From a virus, in the IMG/VR virus record IMGVR_UViG_3300005529_000001, positions 16,882 through 80,881 of that record: a stretch of 64,000 bases of DNA; one strand, 5' to 3'. Position numbers and translations under genes: made by a program. The notes below the pieces were generated by a model. It was not told where the DNA came from and did no database searches. It saw only the letters and a program-made list of their open reading frames with translations. Shown one piece after another: positions 63,730 through 64,000 of this stretch; position 1 is the stretch's first letter, and every line of letters starts with the position of its first letter.

Positions 63730-63993
63730 TCAATCGATGTCCACGCGGATCATCGGGTTGTCAGCGTGTTTCTCGAGCCAATCCGCTGCTTTGCGCAGCT
63801 CCTTGGCAAACGCGGCAGGCGTGGATCGCCACTTCAGCTCGTGACTGGGACCGTCGTCAGCGAGATCCGCCTCGGAGTGTGGGTTTGTGCAGTCGGAGGC
63901 CCTACACTTGCAGAACCCGCCTTTCGGCGGCGGGGGTTCAGCACAGAAATACATCCCGTTGTGGGCATCGAACTCGAGCCGGCCGCGCTTCAC
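63730..63993 (-). CDS. hypothetical Cys-rich protein (3' portion; may extend beyond window)
   Basis: 87 aa ORF reaching near window edge. Confidence 0.3.
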   Translation of the reverse strand: MKRGRLEFDAHNGMYFCAEPPPPKGGFCKCRASDCTNPHSEADLADDGPSHELKWRSTPAAFAKELRKAADWLEKHADNPMIRVDID

Positions 63994-64000
63994 GATCCCA

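Noticed and set aside
1-64000. Search for CRISPR arrays, rRNA, integrase/attachment sites and virion structural genes
   Set aside because: No regularly spaced direct repeats, no rRNA-like conserved blocks, no integrase or recombinase motifs, and no capsid, tail or terminase signatures were recognised. So no temperate-versus-virulent or prophage-boundary call is made.

Overview
This window reads as a densely packed, almost entirely minus-strand region of a large high-GC (~60-66%) bacteriophage or prophage. It is not a core bacterial locus: it carries many phage hallmarks and few housekeeping genes.

**Recognisable genes**
- ATP-dependent DNA ligase.
- Rnl2-like RNA ligase.
- Sigma-70-family sigma factor.
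- MoxR/CobS-like AAA+ ATPase, plus a VWA/HExxH partner protein 11 kb away.
- Three HNH endonucleases.
- P-loop (dNMP-kinase-like) kinase carrying a zinc-ribbon insertion.
- HD-domain phosphohydrolase resembling the Cca C-terminus.
- PLP aminotransferase, ATP-grasp-like protein and GT-A-like glycosyltransferase.
- GNAT acetyltransferase.
- Metzincin lipoprotein.
- FGE-sulfatase-domain lipoprotein.
- A protein with a ribosomal L7/L12 C-terminal-domain signature.

**tRNA array**
A ~3.8 kb array at 18.7-22.5 kb holds about 24 tRNA or tRNA-like genes, all on the minus strand.
- It includes three tRNA-Ala isoacceptors with the G3:U70 identity pair.
- It includes a candidate amber-suppressor tRNA (anticodon CUA).
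- Several members look degenerate or fragmentary.
- Small ORFs and nucleases are interspersed.

**Small-gene region**
From about 43 to 64 kb there are roughly 50 small genes, many encoding tiny membrane peptides. Nearly every one is preceded by the same ~30-bp promoter-like motif. Read on the coding strand it is GTGAAAG-N7-CGCAGATC-N2-GGTAGAnT, followed by 5-9 nt and then ATG. This implies leaderless transcripts, plausibly driven by the phage sigma factor.

**Other observations**
No virion structural genes, no CRISPR array and no rRNA were seen. Coordinates of hand-folded tRNAs and trimmed CDS starts are approximate (about +/-2 nt). No database searches were possible, so all family assignments rest on motifs read directly from the translations.
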